Source of the DNA: an uncultured Pseudomonadota bacterium
GTDB lineage: Bacteria > Pseudomonadota > Gammaproteobacteria > Steroidobacterales > Steroidobacteraceae
Reading direction: 5' to 3'
Assembly (NCBI GenBank): GCA_963774045.1
Contig: CAVZED010000033.1
Location: forward strand, 64,379 to 128,378
DNA: 64,000 nucleotides
A model generated the notes under the pieces. It worked only from the letters and a program-made list of their open reading frames with translations. It was not told the DNA's origin and made no database searches. Below are positions 20,218-29,270 of the stretch, piece after piece. Numbering within the stretch: position 1 is the stretch's first letter; every line of letters starts with the position of its first letter. The translations under genes and the position numbers were made by a program.

Positions 20218-23200
20218 ATGAAAACTCGAGCATTTACTCGCAGGCCTGTTGCACAGGCAATCTCTCTGGTCTTGGGATCCGCGGTACTCGGATCCGCTGC
20301 AGTTGCGCAGGAAGCGAATCAGGGCTCGGCCCAGAATCTCGACGAAATCGTCGTCACCGGTATTCGTGGCAGCCTCATCTCGTCGATGAACCTCAAGCGC
20401 GAAGCGCAGGGTGTCGTCGATGGCATCGTAGCCGAGGACATCGGCAAATTCCCGGACACGAATCTCGCCGAATCACTGCAGCGCATCACGGGTGTGTCGA
20501 TCGACCGCTCGATCGGCGAGGGGTCGAAGATCACGGTCCGCGGCATCGGTCCGGACTACAACCTCGTTCTGTTGAATGGCCGGCAGATGCCGGGCGCGAC
20601 CATCGGCGACACCTTCGCCTCGAACTCGCGCTCGTTCGACTTCGCGAACCTCGCGTCGGAAGCGATCGCGGGCGTCGAGGTCTACAAGACCAGCCGCGCT
20701 TCCACCTCGACCGGCGGCATCGGCGCTTCGGTGAACATCAAGACGACGCGTCCGCTCGAAGCGCCGGGCACGCGCATGAGCTTCGGCCTGAAGGGCGTGA
20801 TGGACCAGTCGGCGGACAACCTGCCGTCGAACACACAGGGCGATTCGATCACGCCCGAGCTCTCGGGCATCTACAGCCAGACTTCGGAAGACGGCAGGTG
20901 GGGCATCGCGCTCACCGGCAGCTACCAGGAGCGCGCCGCCGGCTACAACCAGGCGTCGGTGGGCAATGGCTGGCGACCGTTCGGTGCGGACCAGGGCGGC
21001 TGGGGCGCAATCCCGCCGGACCCGAATCCGAACATCATCAATCGCCCGAGCGGTGACGACATCTACTCGGTGCCGCAGAACCTCGGCTACGGATTCAACA
21101 GCATCGAGCGCAAGCGCACGAACGGCCAGGCGACGTTCCAGTTCAAGCCGACGGACGCGTTGACCACGACCCTCGATTACACCTACTCCGAGAACAAGGT
21201 GCATACGCGCCGCAACGAGCTCTCGGTGTGGTTCAACTTCGGCGCATCGGCAAGCTCCTGGACGGACGGCCCCGTGGCCGCACCGCTGCAGTATTCCGAG
21301 ATCTACACGTTCAACGACAATCCGAATACGCCTTTCGTCATCGAAGGCGGCTCCGACGTCTCCATGGGCGGCGCGGACTACGCCACGAAGAATGTGAACA
21401 ACTCGGTGGGCTTCAATCTCGCGTGGGAAGTCAGCGACAAGCTGGGTCTCGAGCTGGACCATCACAGCTCGACGGCGACCTCCGGCGCCGACAGCCCGTT
21501 CGGTTCGAACGCGGTGCTCGGTGTCGCGAGCCTCATCCGCGGCACCACCACCGCCGACTTCAGCAAGGACTTCCCGGTCATCAGCATCGTGCTGCCTGCG
21601 GACTACAACGGCCAGCTGCGACCCTCGATGAATCAGGTGACGGGTTCGAGCTTCCGCAACAGCTACACGAAAGCTGAGGTGGAACAGACCCGGCTGATGG
21701 GCAAGTTCGAGCTGACCGAAAACTCGCGGCTCGACTTCGGCGCGGGTCTCACCGAGGTGAACAACCGCTCGGCGTTTTCCAACGTGCAGTCGGATACCTG
21801 GGGCGGCGTCCCGGGCGTCACGCCCGATCTGTACCCGGATGACATCTGGCAGTTGAACACGGTGCGCGGCTTCTTCGACAACATCGACGGCAGCAGCAAT
21901 CCGAACCTGTTCAACCAGTTCTTCTCGTTCAACTTCCGCGACGTCGTCGACATCCTCGCGCCGGCGCGCGCCGCGAACGCAAATCCGCTGGATGCGATGT
22001 GCGGGCTCAACGGCAGTACCGCCAACCTCGTGCCTTGTTATGAAGCGTCGAACCGCTTCGGCACGGACCGCCGGACGAAGGAAGAGTCCACCAGCGCCTA
22101 CGTGCAGTACAGCCATTCGTGGGAAGGCGCCGTGCCGATCCACATGGCCCTCGGCGTTCGCTACGAGCAGACCGACGTCACGTCGAGCGCGCTCGTGCCG
22201 ATCGCGTTGGCTGTCACCTGGACCGCCAACAACGAGTTCCCGGTGCAGTTCGGTCCGCCCGACTTCACGACCCTCGAGGGCGACTACAGCTACGTACTGC
22301 CGAGCGCGGATTTCGCATTCGACCTGATGGACAACCTCAAGCTGCGCGCGAGCGTCGGCAAGAGCATCGGCCGTCCGGGCTGGGGCGACATCCAGGGCGG
22401 GCAAACCTTGAGCGCACTGGCCCGCATCGACGGTGGTACGGGATCGCAGGGTGATCCGAGCTTGAAGCCGCTCGAATCGCTGAACTACGACCTCTCGGTC
22501 GAGTGGTACTACGCCGATTCCAGCTATGCGTCGGTGGGCTACTTCCGCAAGGACATCGACAACTACATCGGTGTCACGACGATCGAGGAAACGTCCTTCA
22601 ACCTGCCGCATCCGGGTCCGGGCGCGGGCTATTACGATGAGGCGGAGGCGGCGTGTCCGGGCACCGGAGATCTCTCCTGCATTCGTGCCTTCATCCTGAC
22701 GAACCACGACGGTGATCCGGGCGTGGATCGCGGCAACGATGTGAACGGCCAGCCAGCGGGAATCATCACCGGCATCGAGGGCGATCCCCTTGCGGTATTC
22801 ACCATCACAGTTCCGTCCAACCAGCGTTCGGCCGAGGTCGACGGCTTCGAGGTCGCCATCCAGCACATGTTTGGGAACTCGGGCTTCGGCTTGCAGGCGA
22901 ACGCGACGTTCGTGAACAGCAACCTTTCGTACGACAACCACAGTACGTCTGACCAGTTCGCGATCGAAGGTCTGTCGGATTCGGCCAACTTCATCGCGTT
23001 CTTCGAGCGTGACAAGTGGTCGGTCCGCGCGGCTTACAACTGGCGTGACGAGTTCCTGGCGGGCCGGTTCGACGGCACGGGCGGTCCGAACCCCGTGTAT
23101 GTCGACCCGTACGGCCAGTTCGACCTGAATGCGAGCTTCTCGCCGACGGATTCGCTGACCTTCTCGGTCGAGGCCATCAATCTCACCGACGAGATCCAGC

Positions 23201-23289
23201 GCGTCCACGGCCGAGCCGAGCGCCAGGCGTTGTTCGTGACGCAGACCGGTCCGCGGTTCATGATCGGAGCCAGGTACAAGTTCCAGTAA
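20218..23289 (+). CDS. TonB-dependent receptor (carbohydrate-locus type)
   Basis: ATG at 20218 follows GGGGGA. Signal peptide, TonB box DEIVVTG, plug (VDGIVAEDIGKFPDTNLAESLQRITGV) and terminal ...GARYKFQ. Intact 1023 codons. Confidence 0.9.
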   Translation: MKTRAFTRRPVAQAISLVLGSAVLGSAAVAQEANQGSAQNLDEIVVTGIRGSLISSMNLKREAQGVVDGIVAEDIGKFPDTNLAESLQRITGVSIDRSIGEGSKITVRGIGPDYNLVLLNGRQMPGATIGDTFASNSRSFDFANLASEAIAGVEVYKTSRASTSTGGIGASVNIKTTRPLEAPGTRMSFGLKGVMDQSADNLPSNTQGDSITPELSGIYSQTSEDGRWGIALTGSYQERAAGYNQASVGNGWRPFGADQGGWGAIPPDPNPNIINRPSGDDIYSVPQNLGYGFNSIERKRTNGQATFQFKPTDALTTTLDYTYSENKVHTRRNELSVWFNFGASASSWTDGPVAAPLQYSEIYTFNDNPNTPFVIEGGSDVSMGGADYATKNVNNSVGFNLAWEVSDKLGLELDHHSSTATSGADSPFGSNAVLGVASLIRGTTTADFSKDFPVISIVLPADYNGQLRPSMNQVTGSSFRNSYTKAEVEQTRLMGKFELTENSRLDFGAGLTEVNNRSAFSNVQSDTWGGVPGVTPDLYPDDIWQLNTVRGFFDNIDGSSNPNLFNQFFSFNFRDVVDILAPARAANANPLDAMCGLNGSTANLVPCYEASNRFGTDRRTKEESTSAYVQYSHSWEGAVPIHMALGVRYEQTDVTSSALVPIALAVTWTANNEFPVQFGPPDFTTLEGDYSYVLPSADFAFDLMDNLKLRASVGKSIGRPGWGDIQGGQTLSALARIDGGTGSQGDPSLKPLESLNYDLSVEWYYADSSYASVGYFRKDIDNYIGVTTIEETSFNLPHPGPGAGYYDEAEAACPGTGDLSCIRAFILTNHDGDPGVDRGNDVNGQPAGIITGIEGDPLAVFTITVPSNQRSAEVDGFEVAIQHMFGNSGFGLQANATFVNSNLSYDNHSTSDQFAIEGLSDSANFIAFFERDKWSVRAAYNWRDEFLAGRFDGTGGPNPVYVDPYGQFDLNASFSPTDSLTFSVEAINLTDEIQRVHGRAERQALFVTQTGPRFMIGARYKFQ

Positions 23290-23311
23290 TTTCGGGTTTC
23301 TGGCAAACAGA

Positions 23312-23346
23312 AGAAGCCGCTGGCAAAACCAGCGGCTTCTCCTTTT
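23312..23346 (+). terminator. hairpin terminator/attenuator between the receptor and the halogenase operon
   Basis: agaagccgctgg (23312-23323) pairs with ccagcggcttct (23329-23340), followed by ccttttc. Confidence 0.5.
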
Positions 23347-23358
23347 CATGGACGCAGA

Positions 23359-24909
23359 ATGACCATGGTGAAACGTCTGGTGATCGTCGGAGGAGGGTCG
23401 GCCGGATGGCTGACCGCCGGCGTCATCGCGGCCGAACACCGGGCGAAGGATGGCGCCGGGCTGTCGGTCACGCTGCTCGAGTCGCCCGACGTCGCACCGA
23501 TCGGCGTGGGCGAGGGCACCTGGCCCACCATGCGCGACACGCTGCGCAAGGTCGGCGTCACCGAGACCGATTTCTTCCGGTGCTGCGACGCCTCGTTCAA
23601 GCAGGGCTCGAAATTCGAGCGCTGGGTAGATGGGCGCGAGCACGACTACTACTTCCATCCATTCGTCCTGCCGCAGGGCTACCTCGAGACGAACCTGGTC
23701 GCGGGCTGGCTGAAACGCCATGCGACCACGCCGTTCGCGGACCTCGTGAGTTTCCAGCCGCACCTGTGCGCGCAGGGCAAGGCGCCCAAGCAGCCGCAGA
23801 CGCCGGAGTACGCGGCGGTCGCCAACTACGCCTACCACCTCGACGCGGGCAAGTTCGGACTGTTCTTGCGCGACCACTGCATCGCGAACCTGGGTGTGCG
23901 GCACGTCGTGGATCACATGACGGGCATCGAGAGTGCCGCCAATGGCGACATCCTGGCGGTCACCACGCGCGACAACGGCTCGATCGCGGGAGACCTGTTC
24001 GTCGACTGCACTGGCCTGAACTCCTGGTTGTTAGGCGGACACTTCGGCGTCCCCTTCATCCCGCAGCAGCACGTGCTGTTCAACGACACGGCGCTCGCGC
24101 TGCAGGTGCCGTATCCGGACGAGCGCACGCCCATCGCCTCGCACACCATCTCCACCGCGCAGACGTCGGGCTGGATCTGGGACATCGGTCTGCCCACCCG
24201 GCGCGGCGTCGGTCACGTGTTCTCCAGCGCCCACGGTACGGTCGATGCCGCCGAGCGTTTGCTGTTCGAGTACGTCGAACGCACCGGCGGCAAGCTGAAC
24301 GGCGCGAGCCCCCGCAAACTCACGTTCCGGCCCGGCTACCGGCGCGAGTTCTGGCACCGCAATTGCGTCGCCATCGGGCTCTCGGCCGGTTTCATCGAGC
24401 CGCTGGAGGCCTCGGCGCTGGCGCTGGTGGAACTGTCGGCGGCCATGCTTTCGGACGAGATGCCGGCCACACGAGAGGCCATGGACATCGTGGCGCGGCG
24501 CTTCAACGACTTCTTCTCCTACCGCTGGGAGCGCGTGATCGACTTCCTCAAGCTGCACTATGTCCTGTCGCGCCGGGACGACTCGGAGTTCTGGCGCGAC
24601 AACCGCGCCGGGACTTCCGTCCCGGACCGGCTGCGGGAACTGCTCGCGCTTTGGCGGTATCAGCCGCCTTCGCGCTACGATCTGCACCGGGTGGAGGAAG
24701 TGTTCCCGTCCGCGAGTTATCAATACGTCCTGTATGGCATGGGATTCCGGCCGGAAGCGGAGGGATTCTCCCGCCGCTGCGACGACGCCGACCGCGCCGA
24801 TGAATACTTCCGTGAAGCCGCCCAGCTCACGCGCCGCATGTTAGGGGCGCTGCCGAGCAATCGCGATCTCCTCGACCACATCAAGAAATCCGGGCTGCAA
24901 CGCATATGA
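23359..24909 (+). CDS. flavin-dependent tryptophan-halogenase-family protein (paralogue A)
   Basis: LVIVGGGSAGW (GxGxxG), ASFKQGSKF (Lys aligned with PrnA K79), GFIEPLEASAL (Glu aligned with E346). Two motifs deviate: GVGEGTWP and WIWDIGL. Confidence 0.85.
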   Translation: MTMVKRLVIVGGGSAGWLTAGVIAAEHRAKDGAGLSVTLLESPDVAPIGVGEGTWPTMRDTLRKVGVTETDFFRCCDASFKQGSKFERWVDGREHDYYFHPFVLPQGYLETNLVAGWLKRHATTPFADLVSFQPHLCAQGKAPKQPQTPEYAAVANYAYHLDAGKFGLFLRDHCIANLGVRHVVDHMTGIESAANGDILAVTTRDNGSIAGDLFVDCTGLNSWLLGGHFGVPFIPQQHVLFNDTALALQVPYPDERTPIASHTISTAQTSGWIWDIGLPTRRGVGHVFSSAHGTVDAAERLLFEYVERTGGKLNGASPRKLTFRPGYRREFWHRNCVAIGLSAGFIEPLEASALALVELSAAMLSDEMPATREAMDIVARRFNDFFSYRWERVIDFLKLHYVLSRRDDSEFWRDNRAGTSVPDRLRELLALWRYQPPSRYDLHRVEEVFPSASYQYVLYGMGFRPEAEGFSRRCDDADRADEYFREAAQLTRRMLGALPSNRDLLDHIKKSGLQRI

Positions 24910-25619
24910 CGAAACACGCACTTCTCAACAACACCGCGCACCGGGACCTGCGCGTGATCACCCAGCGCAGCGCACGTTATGGCGACGACGTCATGGCTGC
25001 GGTCACCTTTCCGGCGGAATTCCGCAACATCCAGGCGCACTATCCCATCGTGTTCAGCAAGACGAAGGAGGGCTTGTTCAATCCGCTAGCCCTGTTCGGC
25101 TTTCGCGACAAACAAAACCTGTTCCTCGGGCCGGATGGCTGGGACGTGCCGTACGTTCCGCTGATGGTGGAGCGGCAGCCGTTCCTGATCGGCCCGGCGG
25201 CCGCGAACGACGGGCCGATGATGCACATCGATCTCGACAACCCGCGCGTGAACCAGTCCGAAGGCGAGCTGCTGTTCCGCGAGCACGGCGGCACCACGGA
25301 GTTCCTCGATCGCATCGGATCGATGCTCGCGACGATCCACCAGGGCATGGCCGCCTCGCAGCCGTTCATCGCGGCCCTCAACGAATTCGAGCTGCTCGAA
25401 TCCTTCGCGCTCGACATCCGGTTCAAGGATGGCGCCGAACACCGCTTCACGGGGTTCTTCACCGTGAACGAGGAGCGCCTCGCGAAGCTCGACGCGACGG
25501 CGCTCGGCCGGCTGCACGCGAAGGGTTACCTGCAGGCCACCTTCATGATCATCGCGTCGCTCTCGAACTTTCGCGACATGATCGAGCGCGCCAGCAAGCT
25601 CAATGCCGCAGACCGCTGA
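24906..25619 (+). CDS. SapC family protein
   Basis: LNNTAHRDLRVI...VTFPAEFRNIQAHYPIVFSK is typical of the SapC (PF07277) N-terminus. The start overlaps the upstream stop (ATGA). Confidence 0.8.
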   Translation: MTKHALLNNTAHRDLRVITQRSARYGDDVMAAVTFPAEFRNIQAHYPIVFSKTKEGLFNPLALFGFRDKQNLFLGPDGWDVPYVPLMVERQPFLIGPAAANDGPMMHIDLDNPRVNQSEGELLFREHGGTTEFLDRIGSMLATIHQGMAASQPFIAALNEFELLESFALDIRFKDGAEHRFTGFFTVNEERLAKLDATALGRLHAKGYLQATFMIIASLSNFRDMIERASKLNAADR

Positions 25620-26613
25620 GATCGAGGAGTTGTCGGGCGTCGACGCGCGCGAGTTGCCCGCGCACGTGCTCGATGCGACGCGGCCGCTGGTGCTGCGTGG
25701 CCTCGCGGCGCACTGGCCGGTGGTGCAGGCGGGCCTCGCAGGCACGAAGGCGACGGTGGACTATCTGCTGCGCTTCTACGCGCAGGCGACGGTGATTGCG
25801 TACCTCGGCGCGCCCGAGATCAAGGGCCGGTTCTTCTACAATGCGGACCTGAGCGGGTTCAATTACCGGGGCGTAAAGATAAAGCTCGATACCGTGCTCA
25901 CCGAGATCCTGCGCTTCGAATACGATCCGACGCCGGGCTCGTTGTACGTGGGATCGACCACCATCGATACCGCCTTGCCGGGATTCCGCGCGGAGAACGA
26001 TTTCAATTTCGGCGCACGCGATCCGCTCGCGAGCATCTGGATTGGCAACCGTTCGCGCATCGCCGCGCACCACGACTTGCCCGACAACCTGGCCTGCGTG
26101 GCGGTCGGACGCCGGCGCTTCACGCTGTTTCCGCCGGAGCAGCTTCCGAACCTGTACATCGGGCCGTTGGACTTCAATCCGGCAGGGCAGGCGATCAGCC
26201 TGGTCGATTTCCACGCTCCGGATCTTGAGAGGTTTCCGCGCTTCGCAGAGGCGCTGGCCAATGCGCACGTGGCCGAGCTCGGTCCGGGCGACGCCATCTT
26301 GATCCCGAGCCTGTGGTGGCACCACATCGAGTCGCTCGCGCCGATCAACGTCCTCGTGAACTACTGGTGGCGGCGCTCGCCCGCGTACATGGATACGCCG
26401 ATGCTCGCGCTGTTCCTGTCGATGATGACCATTCGCGATCTCCCGCCGGAGCAGCGCGCGGCCTGCAAGATGATGTTCGACCACTACGTATTCGATGCGA
26501 CGGAAGACAAGATCGCACACATCCCGAAGGGCGCGCGACGCATGCTGGGCGATTTCGACGCGGATCGGGCCCGTGAGCTGCGCGCGCACCTGCTGCAGCG
26601 CCTGAATAGATAG
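25603..26613 (+). CDS. JmjC/cupin_8 domain protein (putative Fe(II)/2OG oxygenase)
   Basis: AAHHDLPDN (HxD) and LIPSLWWHHIESL (distal His) within a cupin-like region. It overlaps the SapC gene by 17 bp. Confidence 0.75.
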   Translation: MPQTAEIEELSGVDARELPAHVLDATRPLVLRGLAAHWPVVQAGLAGTKATVDYLLRFYAQATVIAYLGAPEIKGRFFYNADLSGFNYRGVKIKLDTVLTEILRFEYDPTPGSLYVGSTTIDTALPGFRAENDFNFGARDPLASIWIGNRSRIAAHHDLPDNLACVAVGRRRFTLFPPEQLPNLYIGPLDFNPAGQAISLVDFHAPDLERFPRFAEALANAHVAELGPGDAILIPSLWWHHIESLAPINVLVNYWWRRSPAYMDTPMLALFLSMMTIRDLPPEQRAACKMMFDHYVFDATEDKIAHIPKGARRMLGDFDADRARELRAHLLQRLNR

Positions 26614-26624
26614 AAGCTGGAGAA

Positions 26625-28142
26625 ATGGGAGACCCCGTGGAGCACAAGCCCGTAAGGAAGATCGTGATCGCGGGTGGCGGAACCGCCGGCTGGATGGTCG
26701 CCGCGGCCATCTCGCGCACGCTCGGCAAGGTGCTCGACATCAGGCTGATCGAATCGGACGAGATAGGCACGGTGGGCGTGGGTGAGGCCACCATTCCGCC
26801 GCTGGTGCACTTCCACCGGCTGTTGAACATTCCCGAGCAGGACTTCATGGCCGCCACGCAGGCCACCTTCAAGCTCGGCATCCAGTTCGAGAGCTGGCGC
26901 GACCGCGGCGAGCATTACATACACTCCTTCGGTTCCACCGGCACCGATCACTGGACGGCGGGCTTCCAGCATTTCTGGCTCAAGGGGCGCGATCGCAAGC
27001 TGGCGGGTGACTACGGCGACTACTGTCTCGAGCTCAAGGCCTCGATCGAGAGCAAGTTCGCGCACCTGCCCAACCAGGGCATGAACTACGCCTATCACCT
27101 CGATGCCGGCCTGTACGCGAAATTCCTGCGCAAGTTCGCGGAAGGATTCGGCGTGAAGCGGGTGGAGGGGAAGATAGTCGAAGTGCCAATGGACCCGGCC
27201 AGCGGGTTCATCAAGTCGGTGAAGCTCGATTCCGGCGACGAGGTCGAGGGCGACCTGTTCCTCGACTGCACGGGCTTTCGCGGCCTGCTGATCGGCAACG
27301 CGCTGCACGTGGGCTACGAGGACTGGTCGCACTGGCTGTTCAACGACAGTGCCGTCGCGCTGCAGACCGAGTCCACGGGACCCGCGCTGCCGTACACGCG
27401 CTCCATCGCGCACGAGTCGGGGTGGCAGTGGCGCATCCCGCTGCAGCATCGCGTCGGCAATGGCATTGTCTACTGCAGCCGGTACATATCGGACGACGCG
27501 GCAAAGAAGACCCTGCTGGGCAACATCGAGGGCAAGGTCCTGACGGAGCCGCGCGTCATCAAGTTCCGGCCGGGCCAGCGTCTCAAGACCTGGAGCAAGA
27601 ACTGCGTCGCCATCGGCCTGGCCAGCGGCTTCATCGAACCACTCGAATCGACCAGCATTCACCTCATCCAGCGCGGAATCACGCGCCTCATGCAGATGTT
27701 TCCCAGCGCCGGTATCCGCCAGTCGGACATCGAGGAATACAACCGGCAGACGTGGTCGGAGATCGAGTACATTCGTGACTTCATCGTGCTGCACTACCAC
27801 GTCACCAACCGGCAGGACTCGCCTTTCTGGCGCGCGTGCCGTGGCATGGAAATACCCGCCTCGCTCAAGCACCGCATCGCCCTGTTTCGCGAGACCGGCC
27901 GCGTGTTCCGCGCACCCAACGAGCTTTTCGCCGAGAATTCCTGGATCCAGGTGATGCTCGGGCAGGGGATGTACCCGGACTCCCACCACCCGGCCGCGGA
28001 TCTCATGGGCGACGCCGAGCTCGCCGACTTCCTCGGCGGAATCAAGCGCTACGTCGAGAAAACCGTGGCACAGCTCCCATCCCACCAGGCCTACGTCGAG
28101 CAGTATTGCAAGGCCCAGCCCAATTCATCGAGTCCCACCTGA
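26625..28142 (+). CDS. flavin-dependent tryptophan-halogenase-family protein (paralogue B)
   Basis: [37 protein letters not shown] (WxWxIP) and GFIEPLESTS are all canonical. Confidence 0.85.
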   Translation: MGDPVEHKPVRKIVIAGGGTAGWMVAAAISRTLGKVLDIRLIESDEIGTVGVGEATIPPLVHFHRLLNIPEQDFMAATQATFKLGIQFESWRDRGEHYIHSFGSTGTDHWTAGFQHFWLKGRDRKLAGDYGDYCLELKASIESKFAHLPNQGMNYAYHLDAGLYAKFLRKFAEGFGVKRVEGKIVEVPMDPASGFIKSVKLDSGDEVEGDLFLDCTGFRGLLIGNALHVGYEDWSHWLFNDSAVALQTESTGPALPYTRSIAHESGWQWRIPLQHRVGNGIVYCSRYISDDAAKKTLLGNIEGKVLTEPRVIKFRPGQRLKTWSKNCVAIGLASGFIEPLESTSIHLIQRGITRLMQMFPSAGIRQSDIEEYNRQTWSEIEYIRDFIVLHYHVTNRQDSPFWRACRGMEIPASLKHRIALFRETGRVFRAPNELFAENSWIQVMLGQGMYPDSHHPAADLMGDAELADFLGGIKRYVEKTVAQLPSHQAYVEQYCKAQPNSSSPT

Positions 28143-28170
28143 AAGACGATAGCTAGCTGGCAAGAACAAC

Positions 28171-29169
28171 ATGGCGAACATCTACGAAGTCGCGGAACTC
28201 GCGGGTGTCTCCCTCGCTACGGTCTCCCGGGTCATCAACCCCGGCGCGAAGGTCAGCGAGAAGACGCGCCAGAAAGTCCTCGATGCAATGCGGCAGCTCG
28301 GCTACCAGCCGAACTCGATCGCGCAGTCGTTGGCGACGCGCAGCTCGAATGCCGTCGGCGTCCTCGTGTCGGAGCTGCACGGCCCGTTCTTCGGCGCGAT
28401 GTTGTCGGCCATCGAGGAAACGCTCAAGGCGGCCGGCAAGTTCGTGATGGTCGCGGCCGGACACAGCATGGAAGAGCAGGAGCGCGAGGCCGTCCGTTTC
28501 CTCGTGAGCCGCAACTGCGACGCGCTGATCGTCCACGTCGAGCGGCTGTCGGACAAGTTCCTGGTCGATCACGATCACAACACCACGCCCCTCGTCGTGA
28601 TGAACCGCAAGGTGCGCGGCCTCACCGATCATTGTTTCAGCCTCAACAACGAGCTCGGCGGGTACCTCGCGACCCGGTCGCTGTTGAAGCACAAGCACAA
28701 ACGCATCGCCTACGTCTCGGGTCCGCTCGACTGGGTGGACGCCAAGCAGCGTCTCGCCGGGCACAAGCGCGCGTTGTCGGAAGCGAACGTGAAGTTCGAC
28801 GAGCGGCTGCTGGTCGAGGGCGACTACCACGAGACGGGCGGCCAGGACGCGCTGAACAAACTATTCAGCAAGGAGCTGCCGTTCACCGCGGTGGTGTGCG
28901 CGAACGACGAGATGGCCGCGGGCGCCATGGCGGCCGCGCACGAGCGCGGGCTCGAGCTGCCGCGCCAGTTGTCCATCGTCGGCTTCGACGATGCGCCCAT
29001 CTCGCGCTACGTCTATCCGAAGCTCACCACGATCCACTACCCGATCGCCGACATGGGCCGCATGGCCGCGCGCTGGGTGCTGAAACACGTCTACGACCAG
29101 ACCCAGGATGTGCAACAGGTGTTCGAGCCCGAGCTCGTCGAGCGCGACTCCGTCGCCCGCGCGCCGTAA
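28171..29169 (+). CDS. LacI family transcriptional regulator
   Basis: HTH MANIYEVAELAGVSLATVSRVINP plus a periplasmic-binding-fold sugar domain. Intact 332 aa. Confidence 0.9.
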   Translation: MANIYEVAELAGVSLATVSRVINPGAKVSEKTRQKVLDAMRQLGYQPNSIAQSLATRSSNAVGVLVSELHGPFFGAMLSAIEETLKAAGKFVMVAAGHSMEEQEREAVRFLVSRNCDALIVHVERLSDKFLVDHDHNTTPLVVMNRKVRGLTDHCFSLNNELGGYLATRSLLKHKHKRIAYVSGPLDWVDAKQRLAGHKRALSEANVKFDERLLVEGDYHETGGQDALNKLFSKELPFTAVVCANDEMAAGAMAAAHERGLELPRQLSIVGFDDAPISRYVYPKLTTIHYPIADMGRMAARWVLKHVYDQTQDVQQVFEPELVERDSVARAP

Positions 29170-29180
29170 CGGGGACTTGA

Positions 29181-29270
29181 CGGTGCCGGGTCGGGAATCC
29201 GGGAAAACTCTCCCATGAATGCCGATTCGACCCAGTCGACCGAGTTTTCCCGGATTCCCGACCCGGCACC
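29181..29270. repeat. perfect 30-bp inverted repeat pair (REP-like element), 30-bp spacer
   Basis: cggtgccgggtcgggaatccgggaaaactc (29181-29210) is the exact reverse complement of gagttttcccggattcccgacccggcaccg (29241-29270). Confidence 0.85.

Noticed and set aside
20473-23916. An 1147-aa ORF antisense to TonB receptor 1. Similar long antisense ORFs occur at 58391..61090, 28861..30753, the upper part of 38873..41578, 26484..28085 and 43.. kb.
   Set aside because: The translations are Arg/Ala/Gly/Val-rich with no recognisable domains, and they lie opposite genes with strong family signatures. This is the usual stop-codon-poor antisense frame of GC-rich DNA.
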